Virus record (IMG/VR): IMGVR_UViG_3300036715_003254
Location: 1 to 64,000 of that record
DNA: 64,000 nt
From: a virus
Direction: 5' to 3' (one strand)
The translations under genes were made by a program, and so were the position numbers. Below, one piece after another: positions 16,348 through 26,043 of the stretch (its first letter is position 1; each line of letters begins with the position of its first letter). The notes beneath the pieces were generated by a model. The model did no database searches. It was not told where the DNA came from and was given only the letters and a program-made list of their open reading frames with translations.

Positions 16348-16551
16348 TTATTTTGTAGCGTTTGCTTCAGCTTTTTTAGCTTCAGCTGCTTTTTTTGCTT
16401 CAGCTTTTTTAGCTTTTCTTTCTTCAGCTTTTTTAGCTTTTTTTGATTCGACTTTTTCAGTTTTGTTTTCATCAGCTTTTTTAGCTTCAGCTGCAAAACC
16501 TACAGAAGCAAGACCAGCTATAACAAGAAGGCTTACAAGAACTTTTTTCAT
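16348..16551 (-). CDS. small exported Lys/Ala-rich protein (Asr/acid-shock-like composition)
   Basis: Signal peptide MKKVLVSLLVIAGLASVGFA followed by AEAKK repeats; promoter -10 at 16603-16608. Confidence 0.75.
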   Translation of the reverse strand: MKKVLVSLLVIAGLASVGFAAEAKKADENKTEKVESKKAKKAEERKAKKAEAKKAAEAKKAEANATK

Positions 16552-16677
16552 TTTTATCTCCTTTTATATAGAAAGCGATTATTTATCACTTTCTAAAGTC
16601 AAATTATATTCTAAAAAAGTTTAAAATAAAAAGTTTTTTAGAAATTATTTTGAAGTCAACTTCTATTTCGGATGATA

Positions 16678-18033
16678 TCAAAAACTTTGACTTGTGAACG
16701 CTTCAAATAATTCATTGTCTTTCATTAGCGTGCTTTCGGCTGGAGAAGTTTCTTCTATTGTCCCAGCGGCGTCGAAGAATTGCATTCGTTTAAAGTTTAC
16801 GCCAATCAATATTTTAGATAGGTCGCCTGTATTCCTATTTTTTCTAATTGATAGAATTATCTGTCCATTCTTTCTCATTTCATCGTTAGATATCATAAGA
16901 GTAAGAGTGTCAGCTGTCATAACAAAACCGAGAGAATCTGAAACGGTGTCCTCGGTTGCATCTATATTGCCGTAAGAACTTCTATTCAACTGAACGGCTG
17001 TCACAACTGGTAAATTTTGTTTCTTAGCAAATCCGTGACACTCTTCGGCAACAGATTTCATAAGGCTATAAGTGTTACCGAATGTTCCTAAACTTCCTCT
17101 TGAAGACTTCATCAAGCCTATATAGTCTATAATAACTAAATCAGGTACAAAGTCCTTTTTGTTCTTAAGGTCAGTTATAAGACCATTAAGAGTCACAATA
17201 TCCATAGATCCAGCAGGATACTCTTTAATTACAAGTTTTCCTAGTTGTGGTCTAACTTCTTCAAATTTCGATTTCAAGACTGTTTTGTCTATTTTCGATA
17301 ACTCAAAAAGATCTATATTAAGAATATTAGCATCTATTCTTTTCGATATTTCTAGTTCTGACATTTCTAGTGTAATATACAGAACATTCTTTTTCTTTAA
17401 TAAGTTAGAAGCTGCTGTATGGACCAAAAGAGCAGATTTACCTCCGTGTGATGGTGAAGCAAAAATGTTTAAAGTCTTTGGTCGGAAGCCGCCTAGTTTC
17501 TTATCGAACTCTCCAATACCGGAAGTATATCCGAAATTCTTTTTATTATAGTACTCGATCCTTTCAGATATTTCAGAATTATAATCGTGTCCTATATCAG
17601 AATCAAAGTGTATCTTAAGGGCTTCTTCTATCATAACAGGTATTTGAGTAAGCTCACCCTGTTTTTGCATTATTTTAGCCGAAGAAAGAATAGCGTCTTG
17701 TAGTTCTTTTAGCTTGACAAACTTTTCAGTTTCTTCAACCATATACTGCAAATTATGTATAGGAGTTGAGTCAACGAATATTTCTTTGAAATGACTCAGA
17801 ATGCCTTTTTGAAAATCTCTAGACTCAGAGTATTTTGGATCATTTTTTATAAACAGACCTATTTCTTTTGGTCTAGGGTATTCTTCTGTCCTTTCAAAAT
17901 AAGACTTTATAGCCGAAAAAATTTCAGCGTTTTCGACTTTAGAAAAATGTGTTCGCTTTAAATGAGTGAATACCTTACTGAAATATTCCGGGGAATAAAG
18001 TAAGGAGTGTAGAATTTGTTCTTCCATGTACAT
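16678..18033 (-). CDS. gp41: replicative DnaB-like helicase (T4 gp41-like)
   Basis: Walker A SPSHGGKS, YITLEMSE, IIDYIGLM, TAVQLNRS, KNR. Confidence 0.93.
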   Translation of the reverse strand: MYMEEQILHSLLYSPEYFSKVFTHLKRTHFSKVENAEIFSAIKSYFERTEEYPRPKEIGLFIKNDPKYSESRDFQKGILSHFKEIFVDSTPIHNLQYMVEETEKFVKLKELQDAILSSAKIMQKQGELTQIPVMIEEALKIHFDSDIGHDYNSEISERIEYYNKKNFGYTSGIGEFDKKLGGFRPKTLNIFASPSHGGKSALLVHTAASNLLKKKNVLYITLEMSELEISKRIDANILNIDLFELSKIDKTVLKSKFEEVRPQLGKLVIKEYPAGSMDIVTLNGLITDLKNKKDFVPDLVIIDYIGLMKSSRGSLGTFGNTYSLMKSVAEECHGFAKKQNLPVVTAVQLNRSSYGNIDATEDTVSDSLGFVMTADTLTLMISNDEMRKNGQIILSIRKNRNTGDLSKILIGVNFKRMQFFDAAGTIEETSPAESTLMKDNELFEAFTSQSF

Positions 18034-18058
18034 CCTTTATGGAATATTTTATAAAAAT

Positions 18059-19024
18059 CTATTTTAAATATTTGAAAAACTCTTGGACTATGGATACAAT
18101 GTCTTTCTTATAGCTCTCGTGATTTTTATCAAAAAGAATACCAAAAGCTTTTTCGTGACCATCTAATTCTTTAAAGGATTCTTTTCTTTTACAAATATCT
18201 TCTAGTATACTCTTAACATCAAACTCTTTAGTATTTAAACTATCAGATAATCTTACAGAGCCTCTTCCAAAAAGAGTCATATTAATGAATATATCATAGT
18301 CTTTTTCATATTCTTCTCTTATTAGATCTATAATATATTCATTTGTTGAAAATGCTGCTACACAGTTCTTTTCGAAAATTATACCTCCAGAATTCTTATA
18401 TTTCTCGAGAGTTCTTTTATTTTCTTCGATTTTATTTTTTATCATTTCTTCGTGTTCTTCAGAAAATAGTAAATAATCTGAAGCTATCATATCATCAATG
18501 AGTTTAACTATGTTTTGAAACCTATACTTTTCACAAGTTGTAAGTCTGAAAAGTTTAAATCCTTTTTCAAAGAAAATACTATCTCTATCGAAGATATCAT
18601 AAGCACTTATATGTTCTATAAATCTTTCAAGCTTTGAATTTTCTAGATTCCATTTTTTCTTACAAGCTAGGAAAGTAATTTTACTAGCTGACATTTTATT
18701 TGTATGTAAAATTATAAGGTTTTTAGTTTGATATTTCTTAATATTAAAATCATAATTATGATGGTCGAAAAAATAAAATTCTACATTAGGATATTTGTTA
18801 GATATTTCCTGTAGAGTAATTAAATATTTTTCGTTTTTAAACATTAAGTCAGTAATAAAAACCTTAGAATACTTTCCTGCTATTGAAGAAAGAATATTAA
18901 GTGTTGGTTCTATATGAATATATGAAATATTTCTAAGAGATACCTCTTCATCTGGAAATGTTTCTATTACACAAGTTTGACATCCTATACCATCAAGATC
19001 TGTATGACTTATATGTAAAATCAT
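18059..19024 (-). CDS. DHH-family phosphoesterase
   Basis: SHTDLDG, ITDL, DHH, GHEKAFG. Confidence 0.85.
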   Translation of the reverse strand: MILHISHTDLDGIGCQTCVIETFPDEEVSLRNISYIHIEPTLNILSSIAGKYSKVFITDLMFKNEKYLITLQEISNKYPNVEFYFFDHHNYDFNIKKYQTKNLIILHTNKMSASKITFLACKKKWNLENSKLERFIEHISAYDIFDRDSIFFEKGFKLFRLTTCEKYRFQNIVKLIDDMIASDYLLFSEEHEEMIKNKIEENKRTLEKYKNSGGIIFEKNCVAAFSTNEYIIDLIREEYEKDYDIFINMTLFGRGSVRLSDSLNTKEFDVKSILEDICKRKESFKELDGHEKAFGILFDKNHESYKKDIVSIVQEFFKYLK

Positions 19025-19428
19025 TTCTTTCTATTCTTTCTTTTTTCTATTCTGTGATGCTCGAATTTTTTCATAATCCTTTCCTTTTCTTCATCACTCA
19101 TTAACTCTAAATATTCTAGTGCTGTTTTTTCTGAACAGTTAAAATAATCCATTATATTTTCTAACTCTTCTGTCTTAGATATTTTTTTAATTGATGGATA
19201 CTTTAAATACTGAATTTTCGGCATAGAATATCTAACAAGTTGATATTGATTTTCAATCGGCACTTCTGGGTAAACATTAATAAAGTTTACTATAAGAGCA
19301 CCAAAAGGATGGTTTGATAAAAATCTACAAAAGACAAAAGAAGAAATGTCTTTTATTTCTTCTTCTGTCGGATAGAAGTCTTTTTTAAATGCACTAGACA
19401 TTACATTCCACGAATTTCTTTTTTCCAT
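19021..19428 (-). CDS. gp62: clamp-loader small subunit (gp62-like)
   Basis: F...RFLS...N...QY...LENIMDYFNCSEKTALEYLELM pattern. Confidence 0.7.
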   Translation of the reverse strand: MEKRNSWNVMSSAFKKDFYPTEEEIKDISSFVFCRFLSNHPFGALIVNFINVYPEVPIENQYQLVRYSMPKIQYLKYPSIKKISKTEELENIMDYFNCSEKTALEYLELMSDEEKERIMKKFEHHRIEKRKNRKK

Positions 19429-19448
19429 AACTTGTATTTTATCCTATT

Positions 19449-20003
19449 TTAGTTTAAAATTGTAGACAAATCGAGCGGAGTATAGTTCGTATTTTCTACA
19501 GAAACGCAGATACCCTGAGTCGACTTAAAATGTGTGTTATGGACGTGTCCAAATATGTTTATTGGATTTTGTTTACCAGATTTCCATTCTTCCCATTCTT
19601 TTTTATACTGCTGGAAGGCTTCTTTATTATCGAACACTTCGTATTCATCAACAACAGGAATATGTGAGAAAAATACTCTTTCAGTTTTAATAAACTTTAT
19701 GAAAGCCTTAAAACCACATTCGTTTATATAAAATGAAGAGTCGAAATGGTCGTGATTTCCTTTTATAAGAATTATATTACCGTTAAGGCTTCGACAAAGT
19801 TCGCTTAAAGAATCCTTTCTGCCTTGTAACCCACAAGAAAGGTCGCCAAGATGGATTACCGTGTCTTCAGGAGAGACTACAGAATTCCAATTTTTAGCGA
19901 TAGTCTCGTTCATCTCATACTCATCAGAGAATGGACGAGAGTTGTATCTGATACAGTTAAAGTGAAAGAAGTGTGTATCAGATATAACAAATGTTTTTGG
20001 CAT
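19449..20003 (-). CDS. calcineurin-like metallophosphoesterase
   Basis: SDTHF, HLGD, GNHD, SHIP, GHVH. Confidence 0.9.
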   Translation of the reverse strand: MPKTFVISDTHFFHFNCIRYNSRPFSDEYEMNETIAKNWNSVVSPEDTVIHLGDLSCGLQGRKDSLSELCRSLNGNIILIKGNHDHFDSSFYINECGFKAFIKFIKTERVFFSHIPVVDEYEVFDNKEAFQQYKKEWEEWKSGKQNPINIFGHVHNTHFKSTQGICVSVENTNYTPLDLSTILN

Positions 20004-20006
20004 TAT

Positions 20007-20390
20007 TTAAGCTTTCGGTTGTAAAATAGTTTTTATCCATTCAAGCAATGTGATGACAGCGTGCGCAACAGCAGCAACAAGAGTTGTACCTGTCATACCT
20101 GTAATAGCAACATTTGACATTACATACCAAAGAAGAGCAATTTTCAAAATTCCAAAAACCATAATAAATGGAAGTAACACCGTTCCGCCTAAAGCACCGA
20201 GAACTGTTGACAAACCTTTATTATTCCCGACAGAAGAGCCTATTGCAGCTCCACTAAATACAAGAATCAAAAAAGCAATAAAGCTAACAATACTGAAGCC
20301 AACTAACGAGACCCAAAACATAGCTGTATAAGCAGAAACAAATCCGCTACCGAAAATATAGAAAATCACACCGATTAGATAAATAAACAT
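20007..20390 (-). CDS. multi-pass membrane protein
   Basis: About four hydrophobic helices; promoter -10 at 20412-20417. Confidence 0.7.
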   Translation of the reverse strand: MFIYLIGVIFYIFGSGFVSAYTAMFWVSLVGFSIVSFIAFLILVFSGAAIGSSVGNNKGLSTVLGALGGTVLLPFIMVFGILKIALLWYVMSNVAITGMTGTTLVAAVAHAVITLLEWIKTILQPKA

Positions 20391-20442
20391 TTTGTTTCCT
20401 TTTTAATTTTTATTATAGCGGATTTTATTTTAAAAAAAACTT

Positions 20443-21903
20443 TCACGAGAAAAGTTCTTTCATTTTTTCTTTAGCCTCGTCCCAACTTCCAGTCATAGTA
20501 CCAAAAGAATATTCTGAGACAGTACTTTCAAAGAAATTAGTGTAAGTAGTCAGACTCAACTGATTTTCCATCCAAGGAAGAGGATTTTCTTTGATACCGT
20601 AGTTCGGTTTGAGTCCGAATTGTTTTAATCTTTGATCAGCAATATATCTTACATAAAGTTTCATTTCATCTTTAGTAAGATTATTCAAGTCTCCTAGTTT
20701 GAATACATAATCAATATAATCTTCTTCTTTAGCTACAATCTGTCTGGCAGCTTCGTAAATATCTCTTTTAAAATCATCATTCCAGATTTGTCTATTCTCT
20801 TTTATTATAGTTTTGAATAACCAAGCGTTGCCGTCGATGTGACAGTTTCCAGTAACAGAAACTTTGCCATTACTTCTAATAACAAAAGCTTTTCCTGGAA
20901 CAGTTGGACAATAGAAATTTTTTTTATCTGTATTTTCAAGCTTTGTTTTTTCTATTTTACTACTACCGCCTTTTATAAATTCATCACCTTCCACAAATTC
21001 ATATTTTTCTGCTATTTCTTCTTGTGCTTTTCCATCTCTTTTAAATACCATTCTATGACCAGGAGTAACTATTTGTTCGACATCATCTGACTCAAATTTA
21101 TAATAGTAATCTGGACAAGATTTAGTAAAGTGTGTTGGTTCTACAAAAGAATATTCTTCTGTTTCCATATCGAATTGGAGTATTTTTTCTCCTGGCTGAA
21201 GATCTTCTATCTTTTTCCAAGAACCATCTTCTAATTGAACTTCCGTACCTTCTATTATACAATTTTCATCAAGGATACTCCACGACAAAACCTTGTTCAT
21301 ACCAGGAAATTTACCATCTCTAGAGAAAGAAGCTAGTATAGCAAACTGAGCAAATAAAGATATACCTTCTACTAAACCAGAATAAACAGCTATCATTCTA
21401 GCAACATCTTTTCTGAATTCTATATCAGCTTTTTCTATACCATATTCAGAAACATAGTAATGGAATTGTCTAACTCTTGCTTTATGTATATAATCATATT
21501 TTAGAGAAAGACTAGGAATATACTCGTATTCTTTATAGAACTCTTCTGGAAAGCCTAGAGTATCAAGAAGCAAACTATAAGCGTCTTGATGTAGAGATTC
21601 TCTGTTTCCGAAGCTTCTCAACATCATTTTAACTTCATTGGGTTTAAATGCTCTAATAAGAATATCATATCCCATACCTACTTCTGTGTCATTTTGAACA
21701 AAACCTTGAAATATACTTGTTATTATGTGCTTTTCTTCTATAGAAATAGTAGTCCAGTCTTTCATATCGCCTGAAAGGTCTATCTCTTCGGTAGTCCAGT
21801 GAAGGGCTACCTCGTGAGTTTTATATCTATCATAAGCGCTTGGATAATGAAATGGTTTATATGATTTTGAATCAGTATGAAATAAATTATATTTTTTTGA
21901 CAT
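20443..21903 (-). CDS. nrdB: ribonucleotide reductase class Ia beta subunit, containing a mini-intein
   Basis: W-x-x-EEI, ESLHQDAY, EGISLF, DEN-[intein]-CH, NFFE. Confidence 0.93.
   Translation of the reverse strand: MSKKYNLFHTDSKSYKPFHYPSAYDRYKTHEVALHWTTEEIDLSGDMKDWTTISIEEKHIITSIFQGFVQNDTEVGMGYDILIRAFKPNEVKMMLRSFGNRESLHQDAYSLLLDTLGFPEEFYKEYEYIPSLSLKYDYIHKARVRQFHYYVSEYGIEKADIEFRKDVARMIAVYSGLVEGISLFAQFAILASFSRDGKFPGMNKVLSWSILDENCIIEGTEVQLEDGSWKKIEDLQPGEKILQFDMETEEYSFVEPTHFTKSCPDYYYKFESDDVEQIVTPGHRMVFKRDGKAQEEIAEKYEFVEGDEFIKGGSSKIEKTKLENTDKKNFYCPTVPGKAFVIRSNGKVSVTGNCHIDGNAWLFKTIIKENRQIWNDDFKRDIYEAARQIVAKEEDYIDYVFKLGDLNNLTKDEMKLYVRYIADQRLKQFGLKPNYGIKENPLPWMENQLSLTTYTNFFESTVSEYSFGTMTGSWDEAKEKMKELFS
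20845..21261 (-). mobile_element. cis mini-intein (139 aa) in NrdB
   Basis: Starts CIIEGTEV, has block B VTPGH, ends SVTGN followed by Cys+1; no endonuclease domain. Confidence 0.9.
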
Positions 21904-21918
21904 TTTACACCATCCTTT

Positions 21919-22995
21919 TTATTGACAAGACAAACAAGTTTCATATTTGTCCATTTCTTGAATTATTTCTCTTTCGTAATTTGAGCTAGCTTTAGTAGCA
22001 GATTGACTTCTACAGTAGTAAAGACCTTTTAATCCAGCTTTCCAAGCTTGTAAATGTACATAAGCAAGATAACTTCTATCAACATCGTGATTAAAGAATA
22101 GATTTACGGATTGACCTTGGTCAATTTTTTCTTGTCTTACTTTAGCGTGAGAAATAATCCATCTTTGGTCTATTTCGTAAGCTGTTTTGAATACAAGTTT
22201 AGCGTCGTCACTCATCCACTCAAGACCTTGAACAGAACCTCTGTCTTTGATTATTCTTTTCCACTGTTTTTCAATCCACTTATCATCTTCGCCATTCTCT
22301 TCAGCATATTTCTTGATATACTTTTCAAGATTGACATTTCTTATTTCGTGTTTTCCTGTTTTATTTTCGTGAATATAAGCGTTAGCTATAATAGGATCTA
22401 TTCCAGGAGACACATTGTCACAAAGAATAGAAATACTTCCAGTAGGAGCAATAGCCATCTTACAGACGAATCTATCAGTTCCATCTCCATATTCGATAGA
22501 CATAGGACAAGCGCCTTTTTCTTTAGCTATTTCTTTTGACGCTCTATCAGTAGCATCTTTCAAGAAAGTACAAACCTTTCTTTGGAAACCTTCAGCAAGA
22601 GCTGACTCGAAAGGTATCATTTTAGATTGGAGATATGTGTGAAGACCCATTTGACCTAGACCAACAGATCTTTCATATAGAGCGGATTTAAGAGAGTTTT
22701 GGAAACCTCTCGGTTCACCGAATTTTCCAGATTTAGCTTTTCTTTCAAAATCGTCAATTACATTATCAAGAAGTCTCATAATATCTTCTATAAATTGGTA
22801 GTTGTCTTTCCACTCATCGTATTTTGCTAGGTTGACTGAAGCCAAACAACATACAGCAGTGTAATCTTCTGCTACTCTCAACATTATTTCATTGCAGTTT
22901 GAAACTAGTATTTCATTAGCGAAAAAATTGTGGTTATCCTCCACAGTTATATCATAAACAGGAATTTCTTCCTCTAAAAATTCTATTTTGAGCAT
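21919..22995 (-). CDS. nrdA: NrdA C-terminal half, preceded by split-intein IntC (33 aa, 22897-22995)
   Basis: MLKIEF...VYDITVEDNHNFFANEILVSN/CNEI, then CCLAS, GLG, IAPTGS, DQGQS, KGLYY, CLSCQ. Confidence 0.93.
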   Translation of the reverse strand: MLKIEFLEEEIPVYDITVEDNHNFFANEILVSNCNEIMLRVAEDYTAVCCLASVNLAKYDEWKDNYQFIEDIMRLLDNVIDDFERKAKSGKFGEPRGFQNSLKSALYERSVGLGQMGLHTYLQSKMIPFESALAEGFQRKVCTFLKDATDRASKEIAKEKGACPMSIEYGDGTDRFVCKMAIAPTGSISILCDNVSPGIDPIIANAYIHENKTGKHEIRNVNLEKYIKKYAEENGEDDKWIEKQWKRIIKDRGSVQGLEWMSDDAKLVFKTAYEIDQRWIISHAKVRQEKIDQGQSVNLFFNHDVDRSYLAYVHLQAWKAGLKGLYYCRSQSATKASSNYEREIIQEMDKYETCLSCQ

Positions 22996-23010
22996 ATATT
23001 TCTTCCCTTA

Positions 23011-24078
23011 TTAAGATATTTTAAGAACATCAGTTTCATTCAAATCTTTGGCCATAACATAACCTCTGTTTTCTGTCCAAATTTTATGGTCAGGAGTACA
23101 AACGATTTGTTTGCCAGATTCAGTATCTGTTATTCTCATTACTTTAGCTTTAGGCGAAGTCATAGCAAAATCAGTAACTTCTTTGAATGAAATTTCTTTT
23201 GTTTCAGTATTCATAGACTTTACTTTATCGCCTATTTTTATATCTTTTAGTTTTTTATAGCCTTCTTCTGTTTCTAATATAGAATCGCCAGATAAGCATA
23301 ACTGTGAAGTTGTTATTTTCCATCCAGCTTTCACATACAATTCATTCAAATTCTTATTAGCGTTTTCCGAAAAGAATAGATAAGGTTCGCCGTGTTGATG
23401 TCTCTTAGTAAGAATTTTTGTAAATATGTCAAAAGCATCTAGAGTTTTTACTACACTTCCGTCTTTTCTAGAGTATAGGTTATATGACTCGCCGTTTATG
23501 ACAGCATTTAAAAACTCATCAGTAAGTTTTACTGCGTGATGTAGTTTAGGCATCCTTCTTTCTATAGAAGCACCTTTTGTAGTTCTCATTTCTATAAATT
23601 CTTCTATTTCAGGATGATGTACATCTAGATAAATTGCTTGAGAGGCTCTTCTCAAACCTCCTTGAGAAATACCTTGAGCAATAGACTCGCTTATTTTTAG
23701 GAAAGGCATTATACCTGATGTTTTACCGTTCTTAGTTTTAGCGCCTACCTCTCTTACTTCTGAGAAGTCATTTCCTATACCACCTCCAGCAGCACCAAGA
23801 ACCATAGCCTCATAATATTTGTTAAAGATATCATTAAGAGAATCTGAAGTTTGCTGTACGAAACAAGAAATAGGTAAACCTCTTTCATTTCCTAGATTCG
23901 CTGTTATTGGTGTTGATGTTCTAAACCAATTTCGCTCAAAATAGCTATAAAGTCTTTTTTCGTGTTCGGGATTGTCGGCTCCAGCGCGACAAACTCTTTT
24001 GTAAACGTCTTCGGGTTTTTCTCCTGCTGCAGGATTCACATACGACTCTTGAAGCATAATTCTTTCAAATTCGTTCAT
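23011..24078 (-). CDS. nrdA: NrdA N-terminal half, ending in split-intein IntN (95 aa, 23014-23298)
   Basis: STP, PISCF, GGGIG, QGGLRRA, GEPYLFF, then SQL/CLSGDS...VCTPDH...DLNETD. Confidence 0.93.
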   Translation of the reverse strand: MNEFERIMLQESYVNPAAGEKPEDVYKRVCRAGADNPEHEKRLYSYFERNWFRTSTPITANLGNERGLPISCFVQQTSDSLNDIFNKYYEAMVLGAAGGGIGNDFSEVREVGAKTKNGKTSGIMPFLKISESIAQGISQGGLRRASQAIYLDVHHPEIEEFIEMRTTKGASIERRMPKLHHAVKLTDEFLNAVINGESYNLYSRKDGSVVKTLDAFDIFTKILTKRHQHGEPYLFFSENANKNLNELYVKAGWKITTSQLCLSGDSILETEEGYKKLKDIKIGDKVKSMNTETKEISFKEVTDFAMTSPKAKVMRITDTESGKQIVCTPDHKIWTENRGYVMAKDLNETDVLKIS

Positions 24079-24165
24079 TCTTTTTCCTTTCGTGAGATAA
24101 AATGGGGAGGCTATTTATTTTTAAATAACCATCCCTTTGAGTATATTCTGTAAATTATTTTAATA

Positions 24166-24753
24166 TCAGTTCGTCGGTTTCTCTTTAATGTGATCAATAG
24201 CTCCAAATTCTAAAGCTTCTTTTGGAGACATCCAACAGTCTCTTTCTAATTTGTCATAAATTACTTCTTTTTTTTGTCCTGTATTTTCACTTAGAATTTC
24301 ATACAGTCTTTCTTTAAGGAACATAACTTCTTTGTAGTGAATTCCTATATCAGTTACCTGTCCTTGTACTCCCGATAAAGGTTGATGGAAGAGTATACGA
24401 GAATTAGGTAAAGTGTATCTTTGACCTTTAGTACCGCAAGAAAGAATGAAAGCTCCCATTGAAGCTGCTTGACCAATACAAACAGTTCTAACAGGAGAAG
24501 AAATAGTTCTCATAATATCAACTAGAGAAAAGCCGTCTGTAATTACTCCTCCTGGAGAGTTTATAAGCATAGTTATTTGCTCGTCCGAAACAGAATCAAG
24601 ATAAAGCAGCTGAGATATCACTGAAGTAACAAGTTCTTCTTCTATTTCTCCTACAAGAAATACTGTTCTATTTTTATTAAATAGTCGGCTATAACAGTCA
24701 TACTGTTTTTCGCCTCTAGTATTTGATTCAATTGCTATTGGATTTACTATCAT
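24166..24753 (-). CDS. clpP: ClpP protease proteolytic subunit
   Basis: INSPGG; catalytic triad intact: AASMG (Ser), HQP (His), ERD (Asp). Confidence 0.95.
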   Translation of the reverse strand: MIVNPIAIESNTRGEKQYDCYSRLFNKNRTVFLVGEIEEELVTSVISQLLYLDSVSDEQITMLINSPGGVITDGFSLVDIMRTISSPVRTVCIGQAASMGAFILSCGTKGQRYTLPNSRILFHQPLSGVQGQVTDIGIHYKEVMFLKERLYEILSENTGQKKEVIYDKLERDCWMSPKEALEFGAIDHIKEKPTN

Positions 24754-24769
24754 AAAGTTCCTTTTGATT

Positions 24770-25285
24770 TTACTTCTGTGGATATATTACTTTTATGCCG
24801 CATTTTTCTAGTAATTCAATACCAGAAAGATCTCTATATGGCTCTTTAAATACTACAGTTTTTATTCCTGATTGTATTATCAACTTAGCACAATCAACAC
24901 AAGGTGAAAGAGTAACATAAAGAGTAGCTCCTTCAGCAGAATTATTTGATTTAGCTAGTTTAGAAAGAGCGTTCAATTCTGCGTGAAGACACTCTGTTTT
25001 AGTAACAAGAAAATGTCCTGTTCCATCACAACGATCACAATCAACCATACCGTGAACAATATCGACTGAACCGCTTCCATTACAATAAGAACAAGTAATT
25101 AAGTCTTCACATCTATTATCCATTCCTGAAGGCATACCATTCCAACCCATAGCGATTATGTTACCATCTTTAACAATAACACAACCTACTTTCTTTCTTT
25201 CAGCAAAAGACATTAGTGAACATCTTTCTGCTATGTCCATATAGAAATTATGATATTTCTTTTCTTTGTCTGTTAAAGTGTTCAT
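24770..25285 (-). CDS. cd: dCMP deaminase with a CxxCxGxG zinc-finger insertion
   Basis: HAELNA and SPCVDC deaminase motifs. Confidence 0.92.
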   Translation of the reverse strand: MNTLTDKEKKYHNFYMDIAERCSLMSFAERKKVGCVIVKDGNIIAMGWNGMPSGMDNRCEDLITCSYCNGSGSVDIVHGMVDCDRCDGTGHFLVTKTECLHAELNALSKLAKSNNSAEGATLYVTLSPCVDCAKLIIQSGIKTVVFKEPYRDLSGIELLEKCGIKVIYPQK

Positions 25286-25332
25286 AATATTCCTTTTAAA
25301 GGAAGAAATTATAGCTCTGGAAAGTTTAAATT

Positions 25333-25632
25333 TTAATTGTGTCTCAAAAAGACTTTATGTAACTTAAATTGTATAAATCTTTCTTGGGTTTTTACATAGT
25401 TTTTACCACAAATAGAATAAGACAAGCAATATGCTTTTTCAAATATTACTCTATCACCTTCTTTGATATTTTTTACTTTTTTACCAACAGCAATTACAGT
25501 ACCTTTAGCTTGTCTTTCTGAATCAATTCTTTCACCTTCTTCATCAGAAGTATCAAGTTCATCAGAATCAAGCTCTATTACTATATCTCTTTTGTTTAAC
25601 CATAAAAGAATTGATTGTGTTTCTTCTGACAT
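25333..25632 (-). CDS. GroES-like co-chaperonin paralog with an atypical acidic mobile loop
   Basis: GTVIAVGKKVKNIKEGDRVIF; similar to 25744-26031; own promoter -10 at 25681-25686. Confidence 0.75.
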   Translation of the reverse strand: MSEETQSILLWLNKRDIVIELDSDELDTSDEEGERIDSERQAKGTVIAVGKKVKNIKEGDRVIFEKAYCLSYSICGKNYVKTQERFIQFKLHKVFLRHN

Positions 25633-25743
25633 ATTCTTCCTTTATTGAATCTTTGGTTATTAGATTTCTTTTCAAGAAGAATTATAGCTAAAATTTTCTT
25701 AAATTTAACTTTAATCTTTTAAGAAATTTTTAGCTTAAAAAGT

Positions 25744-26031
25744 TTAATCCATTTTGAGTTGAATATGTTTCTCCAGAATCTGTGTATACTTCTTATCACC
25801 AACAGTGTAATCGATACCGAACTCTTTTCCAAAAACTACTTTATCACCGACTTCGACCTCTTTTACTTTACTACCAACAACAACTACAGTACCTTGAGTT
25901 TGTCTATCTAAAACAGATCTATTTCCTACTCCAGTAATAATACCAGACTCAGTTATTTGTTCGTACGGATCAAGTTCTATTACTACATCTTTTTTATTAA
26001 CCCATCTAGGAACTGAAGGAAATTCAAACAT
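25744..26031 (-). CDS. groES: GroES-like co-chaperonin
   Basis: TESGII mobile loop and GTVVVVG...VEVGDKVVF. Confidence 0.85.
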   Translation of the reverse strand: MFEFPSVPRWVNKKDVVIELDPYEQITESGIITGVGNRSVLDRQTQGTVVVVGSKVKEVEVGDKVVFGKEFGIDYTVGDKKYTQILEKHIQLKMD

Positions 26032-26043
26032 ATTTTCTCCTTT

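Noticed and set aside
25971-25982. 12-nt match (CAAGTTCTATTA) to the first omegaRNA guide inside groES
   Set aside because: The match is short and AT-rich, pairing stops after 12 nt and the TAM is unknown, so chance is plausible.
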